Of a DNA stretch of 49,487 nucleotides, positions 28,553-39,389 are shown one piece after another. Positions within the stretch are counted from its first letter, which is position 1. Every line of letters starts with the position of its first letter. Where the stretch lies: NCBI GenBank assembly GCA_043754535.1, contig JAYUUN010000036.1:1-49487 (forward strand), in the 5' to 3' direction. The translations under genes and the position numbers were made by a program. The notes beneath the pieces were generated by a model. The model was given only the letters and a program-made list of their open reading frames with translations, was not told the DNA's origin and ran no database searches. This DNA comes from Chloroflexota bacterium. Its GTDB lineage: Bacteria > Chloroflexota > Chloroflexia > QHBQ01.

Positions 28553-29866
28553 TCAGCCGACCAGCGTCTCGACTGCTGCCAGGCGCAGCGGCATCTCTAG
28601 CGCAATATAGATGCTGGCAGCCTCGTGCAGCAGGCGGCTGGCTTCTGCTCTAACCTCACCGTCGGCGGCAATCAGCAGCAAGTGGGCGTAGTTCTCAAGC
28701 GCGTCGGCCAGATCTAGCTTGCGCTCCTGCTGATCAAGGACAGAGCGAGCGGCGGCAAAATGTTGGCTGGCTACTAGCCACTGCCCCTCCGTGGCGGCCA
28801 GCATCGCTTCCAACAGGGCCAGCCGCGTCTCGTTCTCAGCATCATGGTAGCGCAGCCAGGCGATCTGCTTGCGCGCCTGATCGGTGTTGCGCTGGAGGAT
28901 AGCGACACGAGCCAACATCGCCGCCGCCTGCGCCCGCCAGATCGCCGAGCCTGCGGGCGCATGGAAGGCCCGATTGGCGGCCACCTTGCACGCATCAAGG
29001 TTGCCTCGCCGCCGATTGATGTCGGCAATACTGACCAGCACTGCGTCCTGCATATACTTGCCCTCCGCCCGTTGGCTGAGGGCATAGGCTTCGCGGCTGC
29101 ACTGCTCGGCCCGATCCAGGTCGCCAATATTGAAGAACACGTCGCTAGCATCAGCAATAATCAGCAGCAAGCGGGTGGTGTCCTGCACCTGGTCGCGTAG
29201 AGCCAACGCCCGCTCAATGCAACTGACTGCCTCGCTGGCTGGGCCGTGTTCGGAGTAGAGTAGGGCCAGTCCCCGCGAACAGAAGGCGATGTTAGTCGCG
29301 TCCCCACTCAATTCTGCCTCACGTAGACCCTCGTTAAACAGGTCAACGGCAGCCGCTACTGCCCCACCATCCATACTGATAATGCCCAGGTTGCCCAACG
29401 CCCGCGCGGTCATGGCATGGTCACTGACAGAGCGAGCTACTGCCACACACTGGCGGTAGTACTCGCTGGCGGTGGCCGCTTCATCGCGCACGTAGGCCAG
29501 CGTGCCTAGCAGGTTGAGGATGTCGGCTAGCAATCTCTCCTGCCCACTCTCCCCTTCAAGCAGCTTATGAGCGAGCAACAACTCTGCCAACGCATCGTCG
29601 TGGTGACCATTGCGCTGGTGGATGCGTGCCTGCAACCAGGCGGCGCGGGCAGCAATAGCAGATCGCCCAGGGTAGCTGGTAGCCAAAGCCAGCAACTCAC
29701 CGTCCATCTTCGCCAGATAGAAGCGGCAGAGATCGAGGCTCTGCTCAAGACACGACTCCGCCTGATCCAGGTAGAAAATAGCGCGAGCTGGGGCCAGCGG
29801 TGTTGCACAGCGGGCGCAGAGTCGATTGGTTAGCTTGTTGTATGTCTGACACTGCGAGCAATACAC
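28553..29866 (-). CDS. TPR-repeat protein with N-terminal zinc ribbon
   Basis: CSQC...CARC at the N-terminus; TPR motifs (LNLLGTLAY, ALGNLGII). Confidence 0.75.
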   Translation of the reverse strand: MYCSQCQTYNKLTNRLCARCATPLAPARAIFYLDQAESCLEQSLDLCRFYLAKMDGELLALATSYPGRSAIAARAAWLQARIHQRNGHHDDALAELLLAHKLLEGESGQERLLADILNLLGTLAYVRDEAATASEYYRQCVAVARSVSDHAMTARALGNLGIISMDGGAVAAAVDLFNEGLREAELSGDATNIAFCSRGLALLYSEHGPASEAVSCIERALALRDQVQDTTRLLLIIADASDVFFNIGDLDRAEQCSREAYALSQRAEGKYMQDAVLVSIADINRRRGNLDACKVAANRAFHAPAGSAIWRAQAAAMLARVAILQRNTDQARKQIAWLRYHDAENETRLALLEAMLAATEGQWLVASQHFAAARSVLDQQERKLDLADALENYAHLLLIAADGEVRAEASRLLHEAASIYIALEMPLRLAAVETLVG

Positions 29867-30013
29867 TGCTACAACCTTGGTGATCTAGGGGTAAGTGCCT
29901 CAGCTCGCATAGAGCGGGCCATGACAATGAGGTAGATGGGGATGATTGGAGCAATATAGCACTTAGGGCCACCTAATGCAAGCTGATCCCCACCTGAACT
30001 TGCGAATCAGCAA

Positions 30014-31147
30014 TCAGCAGGCTGCCAATGCGCGCAGCAGGCCGACGATCTCGCGGGCGGCAGCAGGCACCGCCAGCTTCGTCGCCGCCACCCCCATCGC
30101 CGCCAACTGGGGGCCAGCAGCCAGCAGCAGCCGCACCTCAGCGACCAGGCGCGCCCCTCTCAGTTCGGCTTCGAGCAGCAGTACAGCACCCCCCGCCTGC
30201 TGCATCAGTTCAGCATTGCGCTGCTGCTCGCCCTCGGCACTGCTAGCAAGTGGGATCAGGATGGCGGGCTTGCCGAGGGCAGCCAGTTCATTGACAGTCC
30301 CGGCCCCCGCCCTGCCGATCACCAGCCCAGCAGCAGCATAGATGTCGGCCAACTGCTCGCCCACGAAGGGTAGCACAACGTAGCGGCGTTGCAACTCTGG
30401 CGGTAGGCTCTCGCGCTGATGGTCGAGCATCTGCTGGTCGGCCCCGCTCCCTTCTGGACCCGCCCCACACTGGTGAATGAGGTTGGCAATTGCTAGCAAA
30501 TCCGTCAGATTCTCGCTAATCGCCTCGTTGACTACGTGCGACCCCTGCGCCCCTCCAGTAATGTAAACCAGTGGGAGAGCAGGGTCGAGGTCAAAGTGGG
30601 TGTAGGCAGCCGCAGCTGTGCCGTGCAGGATCGCCTGGCGCACAGGATTGCCGGTCAGCACCACCAGCCGAGCTTTGGTGAAGAAGCGGCGCGACGACTC
30701 GTAGCTGATCGCTACCACATCGGCGTAGCGGGCTGCGATGCGGTTCGCCAGCCCAACCAGGGCAGTCTGCTCATGGGTAACGACTGGCACGCCTTGCCAA
30801 CGAGCGGCGATCACTGTCGGCACACAGACGAAGCCGCCAGTGCTGAACACCACATCTGGTTTGTACTTGGCGAGGATGCGGCGGGCCGCGAGGATACCGA
30901 GGGGGATGCGGGCCAGGTCGAGCGGGGTTTGCCAGGAGAAGTAGCGGCGCAACTTGCCAACTGGCACGCTGCGGTAGGTGATACCGCGGGCGGTGATCGC
31001 CTCTTGCTCCACCCCTTGCTTTGAGCCGATGTAGAGCAGTTCGAGCGGCCAACCGTCGCGCTGACTCTGGACTGTCATTTCCTCAATCACGGCCAGAGCA
31101 GGGCTGAGGTGTCCGCCAGTGCCACCGCCAGTAATCACGATCCGCAT
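30014..31147 (-). CDS. murG: Lipid II GlcNAc transferase MurG
   Basis: ITGGGTGGH, GKLRRY, GGFV, HEQ, TGNPVR, GGAQGS, RAGAGT, EQQRNA. Confidence 0.93.
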   Translation of the reverse strand: MRIVITGGGTGGHLSPALAVIEEMTVQSQRDGWPLELLYIGSKQGVEQEAITARGITYRSVPVGKLRRYFSWQTPLDLARIPLGILAARRILAKYKPDVVFSTGGFVCVPTVIAARWQGVPVVTHEQTALVGLANRIAARYADVVAISYESSRRFFTKARLVVLTGNPVRQAILHGTAAAAYTHFDLDPALPLVYITGGAQGSHVVNEAISENLTDLLAIANLIHQCGAGPEGSGADQQMLDHQRESLPPELQRRYVVLPFVGEQLADIYAAAGLVIGRAGAGTVNELAALGKPAILIPLASSAEGEQQRNAELMQQAGGAVLLLEAELRGARLVAEVRLLLAAGPQLAAMGVAATKLAVPAAAREIVGLLRALAAC

Positions 31148-31183
31148 TGGTTGTGGTTTCTCCCCTTGCCGCTTATAATGCAA

Positions 31184-31876
31184 CTACTCGTACCGCTTGC
31201 CCGTGCGCTCCAGTTCGATCCAGCCACCTGCTAGCACGCCATTGGGGTCGTGATGCGTCCAGTGGATTTCGCCACCGCGCTCGTTCCAGATATAGCGACC
31301 ACGCAGACTCACCCGGTCACCAGGCCGCACTGGCACACGGGGTGCATCATCGATGTTGTGGGTGATCAGGATCGTCGCACCAGAGTCCTGACGGATCACG
31401 AACTTCTGATGACGGCTCCCCTCGGTGTCAGTGCGGAGCGTCTTGATCACTTTGCCCGCGGTAGCAACGACCACATTATCCAGGCGGCGCGCGAAGGCAT
31501 CCTCCACCGTAAAGGGGTTGGTTTCGTGGTAGGCTATCGCCTTGAAGGGCATTGTTTGCAGGCGTTCTGGCTCCAGCAGGTCAGCGCGCAGTTCGGCAGC
31601 GTCGTCGGGTGGCGGTGCGATCTTGAAGCGTTCGCCTTGCGGCCTGGCAGGTTTGGCGGGCTTGAGCCACTTGAGCGGCCTGAGTCCGGTGGCTGGTGGC
31701 GGAGGTAGCGCAGAGGAGGTTGGCACGGCTTCCACCAGCAGGCTGGTCTGCGCTGGTTCGTCGGCTGCTGCCTGCAAGCTGCGCCGAGGCCGCCGCACAC
31801 CCAGCAACCGCTTTGCCAAAGCGAGGGTCAGGCCACCCAGGATGCTAGTGATCCGTCGCTTAATCCGTGACTTCAA
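31184..31876 (-). CDS. DUF3465-domain protein (start uncertain)
   Basis: C-terminal DTEGSRHQKF...HNIDDAPRV...IHWTHHDP; AGGAG RBS before TTG 31876. Confidence 0.75.
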   Translation of the reverse strand: MKSRIKRRITSILGGLTLALAKRLLGVRRPRRSLQAAADEPAQTSLLVEAVPTSSALPPPPATGLRPLKWLKPAKPARPQGERFKIAPPPDDAAELRADLLEPERLQTMPFKAIAYHETNPFTVEDAFARRLDNVVVATAGKVIKTLRTDTEGSRHQKFVIRQDSGATILITHNIDDAPRVPVRPGDRVSLRGRYIWNERGGEIHWTHHDPNGVLAGGWIELERTGKRYE

Positions 31877-31890
31877 GGGAGGAACTCCTG

Positions 31891-32640
31891 ATGGAGAATA
31901 GAGAGGTTGACCCGCCTCAGCAGGTAGCACGCCAAACCCTGACTGCAATCTATGACCGCCTGCTCGCTCACTATGGGCCGCAGGCGTGGTGGCCGCCCAG
32001 CACGCATCTGCCGCTCACCCCCTTCGAGATCATAGTCGGGGCAATCCTCACCCAGGGGACTGGCTGGCGCAATGTCGAACGTTCACTGCTCAATCTCGCC
32101 CAGGCTGGGTTGCTGGAGCCTGCCGCCTTGCACACCGCCAGTACCGCTGAGTTGATCACCCAGATCAAGCCGTCAGGGTATTATAACGCCAAAGCGCGCA
32201 AGCTACAAGCCTTCACTGTGATGCTTTTTGAGCAATATGCGGGCAGCCTGGGTCGCCTGTTCAGCCTGCCCACAGCGGAGTTGCGCGCGGTATTGCTAGC
32301 CGTCTGGGGCATAGGGCCAGAGACCGCCGACGACATTATCCTCTATGCCGCAGAGCAGCCGATCTTCATCGCCGACAGCTACACCCGGCGCATCTTCTAT
32401 CGCCTCGGCCTAAGCAGTGAGCGAGCGAGCTACCCTGCGATCCAGTCACTTTTCGCCAACCTACCACCCGATGTAGCGGTGTACAAGGAGTACCACGCCC
32501 TGCTCGATGTGCATGGCAACCGCACCTGCCGCCCACGCCCGCGCTGCTCCGGCTGCCCTTTGCTAGACCTCTGCCCAACAGGGCAAATTGTGCTGACCGC
32601 TACAACCAGCGACCCTGCCACGAGTAGAGTTAGCAGTTGA
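31891..32640 (+). CDS. HhH-GPD base-excision glycosylase (endonuclease III-related) with C-terminal Cys cluster
   Basis: GAILTQ, IKPSGYYNAKA, GIGPETAD, C-terminal CRPRPRCSGCPLLDLC; GGAGG RBS. Confidence 0.88.
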   Translation: MENREVDPPQQVARQTLTAIYDRLLAHYGPQAWWPPSTHLPLTPFEIIVGAILTQGTGWRNVERSLLNLAQAGLLEPAALHTASTAELITQIKPSGYYNAKARKLQAFTVMLFEQYAGSLGRLFSLPTAELRAVLLAVWGIGPETADDIILYAAEQPIFIADSYTRRIFYRLGLSSERASYPAIQSLFANLPPDVAVYKEYHALLDVHGNRTCRPRPRCSGCPLLDLCPTGQIVLTATTSDPATSRVSS

Positions 32641-32936
32641 TCCTACCAGCCAGTTAGCTGCCGCCTACCACTACCGCGCCTGAAGTAGTTGAGCGTACGG
32701 TGGACAGGTGGGCTATGTGCCAGGCTTGTAGTTCAGCTTGTAGCTGCTGGCTGAATTGCGACCACGCTTGGTTGGCTGCTAGCCGAGTCATAATCGCTAC
32801 CTCTAGCTAAGAGCCTACCACCTTCTAGCCACTTGCATGGCGCAAGAACTTGAAACGCACCCTCTACCTTCCCTGGCATAGCACACCTATGCTATAATCA
32901 TGCTATGACCAACCACGCGCAGGAGAGCCGCCGCTG

Positions 32937-33797
32937 ATGAGCCAGCAACCGCCTAAACCCTCTACCCCTCACGACCACGCCGCCGTTGCCTACCCCGACC
33001 TCGGCGCGGAGCTTGGCGCAGAGATCGCCGATCGTGAGCGCGAGAACCGCTACCGTCCGGCCACCCGCGGTGAGCGCACGGCGCAGTACCAACCGCGAAC
33101 CAACCCCACCCCGCTGACGATCAAAGACCTGCCCGCCGACGAACGGCCCCGCGAGAAGCTGATCAGCCGTGGTGCGCCAGCCCTCAGCAACGCCGAACTG
33201 ATGGCGATCATCCTGCGGACGGGGCGGCAGGGCGAGACTGTGGTGCAACTTGCGGCGCGCATCCTCAAGGATTTTGGCGGCTGGCCTGGCCTACTCAAGA
33301 CTGACTTCGACCGCCTGCGCGAGACGCACGGCCTGGGCGAGGCGAAAGCCTGCGAGTTGCTGGCAGTAATGGAGATCGGGCGGCGGTTGCTGTTGGATGC
33401 ACCAGAGGAGCGGCGGCAGATCAAGTCGCCCGCGGACGTTGCCAACTGGCTAATGCTAGAGATGGGTGGCTTCCCCCAAGAGCGGCTGCGCGTGCTGCTG
33501 CTCAATACCCGCAACCAGATCACAGGCCACCGCGACCTATACAGCGGCACCGTCAACCAAAGCAACGTGCGGGTCAGCGAACTGTTCAAGGACGCGATCA
33601 AGGAGACTAGCGTGGCGATCATCCTCGTCCACAACCACCCCAGTGGCGACCCCGCTCCTTCGTCCGACGACATTCGCGTGACAGCTCAGGCGGTGGAGGC
33701 TGGCCGCCTACTGGACATCGAGGTGCTGGATCACATCATCATTGGCGACCAGAACTACATCAGCCTGCGCGACCGACGGCTGGGCTTTAGCCACTAG
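32937..33797 (+). CDS. radC: RadC (JAB/MPN domain) protein
   Basis: ERPREKL, LSNAELMAIILRTG, HNHPSGDPAPSSDD, LDHIII; TGCTATAAT at 32890-32898. Confidence 0.93.
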   Translation: MSQQPPKPSTPHDHAAVAYPDLGAELGAEIADRERENRYRPATRGERTAQYQPRTNPTPLTIKDLPADERPREKLISRGAPALSNAELMAIILRTGRQGETVVQLAARILKDFGGWPGLLKTDFDRLRETHGLGEAKACELLAVMEIGRRLLLDAPEERRQIKSPADVANWLMLEMGGFPQERLRVLLLNTRNQITGHRDLYSGTVNQSNVRVSELFKDAIKETSVAIILVHNHPSGDPAPSSDDIRVTAQAVEAGRLLDIEVLDHIIIGDQNYISLRDRRLGFSH

Positions 33798-33857
33798 GCA
33801 ACCCGATATGTTATAATGAAGCCAATCATTACTTCAGCCACCCAGAGGTGATCCGCG

Positions 33858-34583
33858 TTGCCCTACATCATCGAAGCGATGGATTTCGACGACATTCCGG
33901 CAGTTGTCGCCATCGAACGGCAGTGTTTCCCACTGCCCTGGCCGGTCAGTGCCTACCGCCGCGAGCTACGCACCCCCAACACCAACCGCTACGTCGTCGC
34001 CCGCTGGGTGGCGGAGAGCAGGATGGGGGGAAAGGCTGCCGAGCAGCAGGCCAACCGCCAGCGGCTCAACCCTGTGCCAGAGCGCAACCTGCTAACCCGC
34101 ATCTTCCCTTTCCTGGCAAAGGAGAGCGACGGCCTGCGCCCAGCCAGCCCCTACCCCATCGTCGGCTACGCTGGCTTGTGGCTAATGGTGGACGAGGCGC
34201 ACGTGACGACGATTGCGGCGGCCCCAGCCCACCAGGGGCGTGGGGTGGGCGAACTGCTCTTTCAGGCGATGATCGAGCAGGCGTTGGAGATGAACGCCAC
34301 CTGGCTGACGCTTGAGGTAAGGGTCAGCAACGTGACCGCCCAGAACCTCTACCGCAAGTACGGGCTGAAGGAGGCGGGCCGCCGCCGCCGCTACTACACC
34401 GACAACGGCGAGGATGCCTACATCATGTGGTCGGAGCCGCTGCGGAGTAAGGAGTTCCAGGATCGCTATCTGCAACTGAAGGCCGAGCTGCGTGACCGGG
34501 TGGCGAACAAGAGCCGCGAGAAGGGTACGCCCTCAGTAATGCCCCAGCCAGCCCCGCTGACCGAGGCGGAGATGGCGGAGTAA
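33858..34583 (+). CDS. rimI: Ribosomal protein N-acetyltransferase RimI
   Basis: DEAHVTTIA, QGRGVG, LEVRVSN, RRRYYTDNGEDAYIM; TGTTATAAT at 33809-33817. Confidence 0.9.
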   Translation: MPYIIEAMDFDDIPAVVAIERQCFPLPWPVSAYRRELRTPNTNRYVVARWVAESRMGGKAAEQQANRQRLNPVPERNLLTRIFPFLAKESDGLRPASPYPIVGYAGLWLMVDEAHVTTIAAAPAHQGRGVGELLFQAMIEQALEMNATWLTLEVRVSNVTAQNLYRKYGLKEAGRRRRYYTDNGEDAYIMWSEPLRSKEFQDRYLQLKAELRDRVANKSREKGTPSVMPQPAPLTEAEMAE

Positions 34584-34594
34584 GGAGAGTAGCA

Positions 34595-34926
34595 ATGCTG
34601 ACGCGCATCGAGATAGATGGCTTCAAGAGCTTCCAGGACTTCAGCATGGACTTCGGCTCGTTTACAGTCATCCTGGGCCAAAACGCTTCCGGCAAATCGA
34701 ATCTGTTTGACGCAATCAGACTGCTCTCTCGCTTGGCTGCTGAGAACTCGGTTGCCGCTGCCTTTAGCGGTGTACGTGGATCTATCGGGAAGGTGCCACC
34801 GCTGCTAGCTTTCTAGCCGAGCTAGGCCGTGAGGTGCCAATCAAGAAGTTGCGCCAAGTACCATCGTTCCAACGCTTTGAAGCTGATTTGCGAAAAGCCC
34901 TGGTTGCAATGGGCATTCTGGAATAA
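34595..34926 (+). pseudogene. Remnant of an ABC/AAA_21-type ATPase (N-terminus) joined to the C-terminus of a DUF4276-like partner gene
   Basis: MLTRIEIDGFKSF...GQNASGKSN stops after 73 aa; another frame reads [41 protein letters not shown] ending at 34926. Confidence 0.7.
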
Positions 34927-34930
34927 AAAC

Positions 34931-37618
34931 ATGAACATCCTTGCTTTCGAGACATCCTGCGACGAAACTTCTGCGGCGATCATCCGCGACGGGCGGCGCA
35001 TCCTCAGCAATGTAGTCGCTTCGCAGATCGACCTACACACCCTCTGGGGTGGGGTGGTGCCAGAACTTGCCAGCCGCCAGCACATCCTCTACGTGATACC
35101 CACCCTGGAGGAGACTCTGCGCCAGGCAGGGCTAACCTGGGCCGAGGTTGACGCTATCGCTGTCACCAACGGGCCGGGGCTGGCGGGCGCGCTGCTAGTT
35201 GGGGTGAACGTGGCTAAGGGGCTGGCCTTCGCCCTCGGCAAGCCGCTGCTGCCTGTTAACCATCTGGCGGGTCACATCTATGCCAACTGGCTGATCCCCA
35301 CCGCCAACGCTGCCCCCCAGCCGCTCGTCGTTGCTGCGCCAGAGCCGCAACCTGCTCCCGCCCCAACCGCCAGCCTGCTGGATACTGGCAGCCGCCGTCG
35401 CGTCCTTGGTGCCACTGAACTGCCCCCCTTCGAGCGGCAGGGTACACCGATTGCCGTGCCTGAACTGCGGGTGCAGCCGCCAATTGTTGAGGCAAAGAAG
35501 GAGAAGGAAACAAAGGAGCCTGGGGAGCCAAAGTTCCCCCTCGTCTGCCTGGTCGTCTCTGGCGGGCATACCGAGTTGGTGCTGATGCGCGGGCATGGCC
35601 GCTACGAACTACTCGGCAAGACGATTGACGATGCAGCGGGCGAAGCCTTCGACAAGGTAGCGCGCCTCCTGGGTCTTGGCTATCCTGGCGGCCCTGCGAT
35701 CCAGCAGTTGGTAGAGGAGACCCACGCCGACCCACGCGCCATTGATCTCCCACGGGCCTGGTTGCGTGGCAGCTTCGACTTCAGCTTCAGCGGCCTCAAG
35801 ACTGCTGTGCTACGCAAGGTCGAGGAGTATGGCGGCCTGCCTATCCGTCCTAAGATTCGCCCCTTCGCCGAGGTAGAGGCCGAGCAGCAGCAGCGTGACC
35901 GCCTGGCTCGTGAAGCCGAGGCTGCCCGCCCGCCGATCATCGTCGCGGGCAAGGCGAAGGAAGTACAAGCTGACTCGACCGCCGCCCCAACCAACCCGCC
36001 AGCCACGCTCCAGGCCGCAGTACCAGCGCAAGAAGACAGCAGTACACAAGAGCCTACACCCGCTGCGCCCGATCAGACAGCCATGCGGCCAGCGGAGCAG
36101 TTGCGCCCAGCCGCTCTGCGTCCACTGCGCACCGCCAATGCGGGCAGCAGCGTGCGCCCGCGTCGCCCCGACATCGCGGCTGGCCTGCGCGCCCAACTGC
36201 TGGGTGATGAAGCCCCCGTACGGGCAGCCCGCCCTGCTGGTTCTGTACCAGACGAAGATGAGGATGATGGAGAGGAGCAGCCGACTACGCCACGAAGCAA
36301 GCGGATAGCCGCCAGTGGCCCCGCTCTCTTGCGACCACGCCTGCCACTGGTGCAGCAGTCTGGCGATGAGGACGATGAGGACGATGAGGATGAGGACGAT
36401 GAGCAAGGGCAGCAGCTAACCCGACCCGCCAGCCCACAACCGTTGAGCGGTGCCGCGGGGCTACAACGCCGCCCCCTACCCTTGCGCCCCCTCGCACCGA
36501 CTGACGACGAGGACGACGGCGATGAAGATGAAGATGAGGACGGCCTCCCGCCCTTCACCAATCCTGCCCGTTCCACAGTCCCCGCTGGCCCCGGCCTGCA
36601 ACGCCGCCCCTTGCCAGGAATGCAGAGCAGCCAACCAACTACACCTGCCAACCCATCTGCGCCCCTACCAGGCGACAGCAGCGCGCAGCGCAACAGCAGC
36701 CAACCAGTCAGCCCCCAGAGAAGTGGGGCTGAGGAGCAGTCCGCTGGATTGATCCGACGCAGTAGCACCAGTGGCACGGGCAACAACCCGACCACTAGCC
36801 GCCCACCCCAACACAGCGGCATGAGCGAACCACCACAGCCCAGCCGTCCGCAACAGCAGCCACCAGCCCAGCCCACACGTGGCAATCAGCCACCCACTGC
36901 TGGCAACCGCCCAAATACCCCCTCGCAGCCACAACGTCCCGCTAGCGGCAGCCAGCCACCCCAGCGTTCGACCAGCAGCAGCAACCAGCCTGTGCGGCCC
37001 AGCAACCAACCCGTGCGCCCTGCCCCCCCCCCACCGAAGCCGCTGGCCGACCGCCCAATCTCGGCGGTGCCGAAAGGCAACCGCGCCGCCGATGTGCAAG
37101 ATGAGGACGCGGAGTTGGAGGAGCCAACCCGCCACGCCCTCGGCTCGGCTGCCGACGACGAGCCAGAGGATGACAACCGCCCCCGCCCGCACCGCAGCCT
37201 CGGCGCAGAGGAGAACGCAGGCCGCCCGCTGGTCAGCAGCAGGCTGGCTAAGGACAAGCCGCCGCTTGACCCAGAGGACTTTCCGCTGGCGGAGATCGCC
37301 GCTGCCTTCCAGTTGGCAGTGATCGAGGTGCTGGTCGAGAAGACTGCCGCCGCTGCCGAACAATATGGTGCAAAGTGCGTGATCCTTGGTGGCGGCGTGG
37401 CAGCCAGCAAGCTGCTGCGTACCATGCTGGCCGACCGCCTCAGCAGCCCATTGCTCTATCCGCCCCCAGCTCTCTGCACCGACAATGCAGCGATGATCGG
37501 TGCAGCGGCCTTCTACCGCTACTATCATCCGCAGGCTCCCGACCGCGACAAGGCCGACTCCTCCGACTGGGCGATGGACATTGAGCCGAACGCCCACTAT
37601 CTGGGCAACGAAGAATGA
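34931..37618 (+). CDS. tsaD: tRNA N6-threonylcarbamoyltransferase TsaD with two large low-complexity insertions (~895 aa)
   Basis: [68 protein letters not shown]. Confidence 0.92.
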   Translation: MNILAFETSCDETSAAIIRDGRRILSNVVASQIDLHTLWGGVVPELASRQHILYVIPTLEETLRQAGLTWAEVDAIAVTNGPGLAGALLVGVNVAKGLAFALGKPLLPVNHLAGHIYANWLIPTANAAPQPLVVAAPEPQPAPAPTASLLDTGSRRRVLGATELPPFERQGTPIAVPELRVQPPIVEAKKEKETKEPGEPKFPLVCLVVSGGHTELVLMRGHGRYELLGKTIDDAAGEAFDKVARLLGLGYPGGPAIQQLVEETHADPRAIDLPRAWLRGSFDFSFSGLKTAVLRKVEEYGGLPIRPKIRPFAEVEAEQQQRDRLAREAEAARPPIIVAGKAKEVQADSTAAPTNPPATLQAAVPAQEDSSTQEPTPAAPDQTAMRPAEQLRPAALRPLRTANAGSSVRPRRPDIAAGLRAQLLGDEAPVRAARPAGSVPDEDEDDGEEQPTTPRSKRIAASGPALLRPRLPLVQQSGDEDDEDDEDEDDEQGQQLTRPASPQPLSGAAGLQRRPLPLRPLAPTDDEDDGDEDEDEDGLPPFTNPARSTVPAGPGLQRRPLPGMQSSQPTTPANPSAPLPGDSSAQRNSSQPVSPQRSGAEEQSAGLIRRSSTSGTGNNPTTSRPPQHSGMSEPPQPSRPQQQPPAQPTRGNQPPTAGNRPNTPSQPQRPASGSQPPQRSTSSSNQPVRPSNQPVRPAPPPPKPLADRPISAVPKGNRAADVQDEDAELEEPTRHALGSAADDEPEDDNRPRPHRSLGAEENAGRPLVSSRLAKDKPPLDPEDFPLAEIAAAFQLAVIEVLVEKTAAAAEQYGAKCVILGGGVAASKLLRTMLADRLSSPLLYPPPALCTDNAAMIGAAAFYRYYHPQAPDRDKADSSDWAMDIEPNAHYLGNEE

Positions 37619-39348
37619 GAACCCTGAGCAAACAATGGGCTGTGCATCAGCCGCTCCCTGCTGACGTGCGCGACGCACTGGCTTTGGCTGCCCGCGAGTG
37701 TGACCTGCCGCTCAACGACCTCTCCCTCCAACTGCTCTACAATCGCGGGGTGAGTGGCACCGCCGACGCTATTGCCTTCCTCAAGGCAGGCAACGCCAGC
37801 CTCAATGACCCCTACCGCTTTGAGCAAATGGATGTGGCCGTTGACCGCATCACCGTTGCGCTCGGTGCGGACGAGAAGATCGCCATCTACGGCGACTATG
37901 ACGCGGACGGCGTGACTGCCACCGCCCTGCTGGTCAAAGCCTTGCGCGGCATGGGGGCCGACGTGATCCCCTACATCCCTCATCGCACCAGCGAGGGCTA
38001 TGGCATGAACCTGGGCGCGCTAGCGAAGTTGCAGGAAGAAGGCGTGCGGCTGGTGATCACTGTAGACTGCGGCATCAGCAATATAGATGAGGTGGCAGCA
38101 GCGATCCGTGACCATCAGATGGATGTAATCGTCACCGACCATCACCGCGCCCCCCGCAACCTGCCGCAGGCCAACGCCCTCATCTCTGCCCGCCGCCCCG
38201 ACAACCAGTACCCCTACAAGGAACTGACTGGTGTGGGCGTGGCCTACCAGCTTGTGCGCGCCCTGATCCAGCGTGGTGTAACGCTGCACGAGAGTGTCAA
38301 GCCCCGCGACCTGCTCGAACTGGTCGCCATCGGCACGGTAGCCGACGTAGCCCCGTTGGATGGGGACAATCGCATCCTGGTCAGCAACGGGCTGCGGGCA
38401 ATGCGTGGCACCCGCAGCGAGGGGCTACGGGCGATCTATGCAGCGGCCCGGCTCAAGACAGAGAGCCTCACCACCGAGAGCATCGGCTTCGCCATTGCCC
38501 CACGCATCAACGCCGCCGGTCGGCTCGACTCGGCCTGGGATGCTTACAACCTGTTGATGAGCGAGGATGCGATCCAGGCGGGGATGCTTGCCAGCCAGCT
38601 TGAGGCGAAGAACCAGGCACGCCAAGCACTAACCAGCGAGATCGTAGAGCAGGCCACCGCCAGCGCACTCGTTCTCGACGACGACGCGCCGATCATCGTC
38701 GTGCATGGTGTGGGCTGGAACGCTGGGATCGTGGGGCTGGCCGCCGGTCGCCTGAAGGAGATGTTCAACCGCCCGGTGATCGTGATCGAAGAAGGCGAGG
38801 GGATGAGCAAGGGCAGCGCGCGAAGCATCAAGGGCTTCAATGTCACCGACGCGCTAACCGCAGTGAGTGACCTACTCTCTCGCTATGGCGGCCATAGCAT
38901 GGCGGCAGGGTTCAGCGTGCCGACCGCCAACCTGCCAGAGTTTAAGCGGCGGCTGCACGAACACGCCGCCAGCCTGCTAACCGCCGCCGACCTGCTACCC
39001 CGCCTGGAGGTTGATGCCGAGTTGACGATCAACAAGCTGCATCTCGGCCTCTGCGAACAGCTTGAGCTACTCGCCCCTTGGGGTACCGGCAACCCTGCCC
39101 CAATCTTCGTCAGTCGCAGCCTACGGGTGAAGGAGGTTTGGCCGGTCGGCAACGGCAAGCACCTCAAGCTCAACCTCTATGACCGCGAACGGCACCAGAG
39201 CATTCGGGCGATCTACTGGCGGTCAGGCGACCTCCTGGCTCAGATGCGCCAGCAGCCGATGGTAGATGTAGTTTACGCCGTTCACCTCAACGAGTGGAAC
39301 GGCAGCCGCAATGTGGAGCTTGACATCAAGGACTTGCATATAGTCTAA
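37615..39348 (+). CDS. recJ: Single-stranded DNA exonuclease RecJ
   Basis: [44 protein letters not shown] overlap with tsaD. Confidence 0.95.
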   Translation: MRTLSKQWAVHQPLPADVRDALALAARECDLPLNDLSLQLLYNRGVSGTADAIAFLKAGNASLNDPYRFEQMDVAVDRITVALGADEKIAIYGDYDADGVTATALLVKALRGMGADVIPYIPHRTSEGYGMNLGALAKLQEEGVRLVITVDCGISNIDEVAAAIRDHQMDVIVTDHHRAPRNLPQANALISARRPDNQYPYKELTGVGVAYQLVRALIQRGVTLHESVKPRDLLELVAIGTVADVAPLDGDNRILVSNGLRAMRGTRSEGLRAIYAAARLKTESLTTESIGFAIAPRINAAGRLDSAWDAYNLLMSEDAIQAGMLASQLEAKNQARQALTSEIVEQATASALVLDDDAPIIVVHGVGWNAGIVGLAAGRLKEMFNRPVIVIEEGEGMSKGSARSIKGFNVTDALTAVSDLLSRYGGHSMAAGFSVPTANLPEFKRRLHEHAASLLTAADLLPRLEVDAELTINKLHLGLCEQLELLAPWGTGNPAPIFVSRSLRVKEVWPVGNGKHLKLNLYDRERHQSIRAIYWRSGDLLAQMRQQPMVDVVYAVHLNEWNGSRNVELDIKDLHIV

Positions 39349-39389
39349 TAAGGGTGGAAAGCTAACATTAACAATAGGAGGATACCCAG

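Noticed and set aside
32937..33797. radC as a marker of a mobile element or CBASS-type JAB gene
   Set aside because: It is a full-length chromosomal-type RadC among housekeeping genes, with no cyclase or E1/E2 neighbours.
35831..37280. Intein or mobile element inside tsaD
   Set aside because: No splice-junction residues, homing-endonuclease motifs, transposase or terminal repeats; the composition is low-complexity and disordered.
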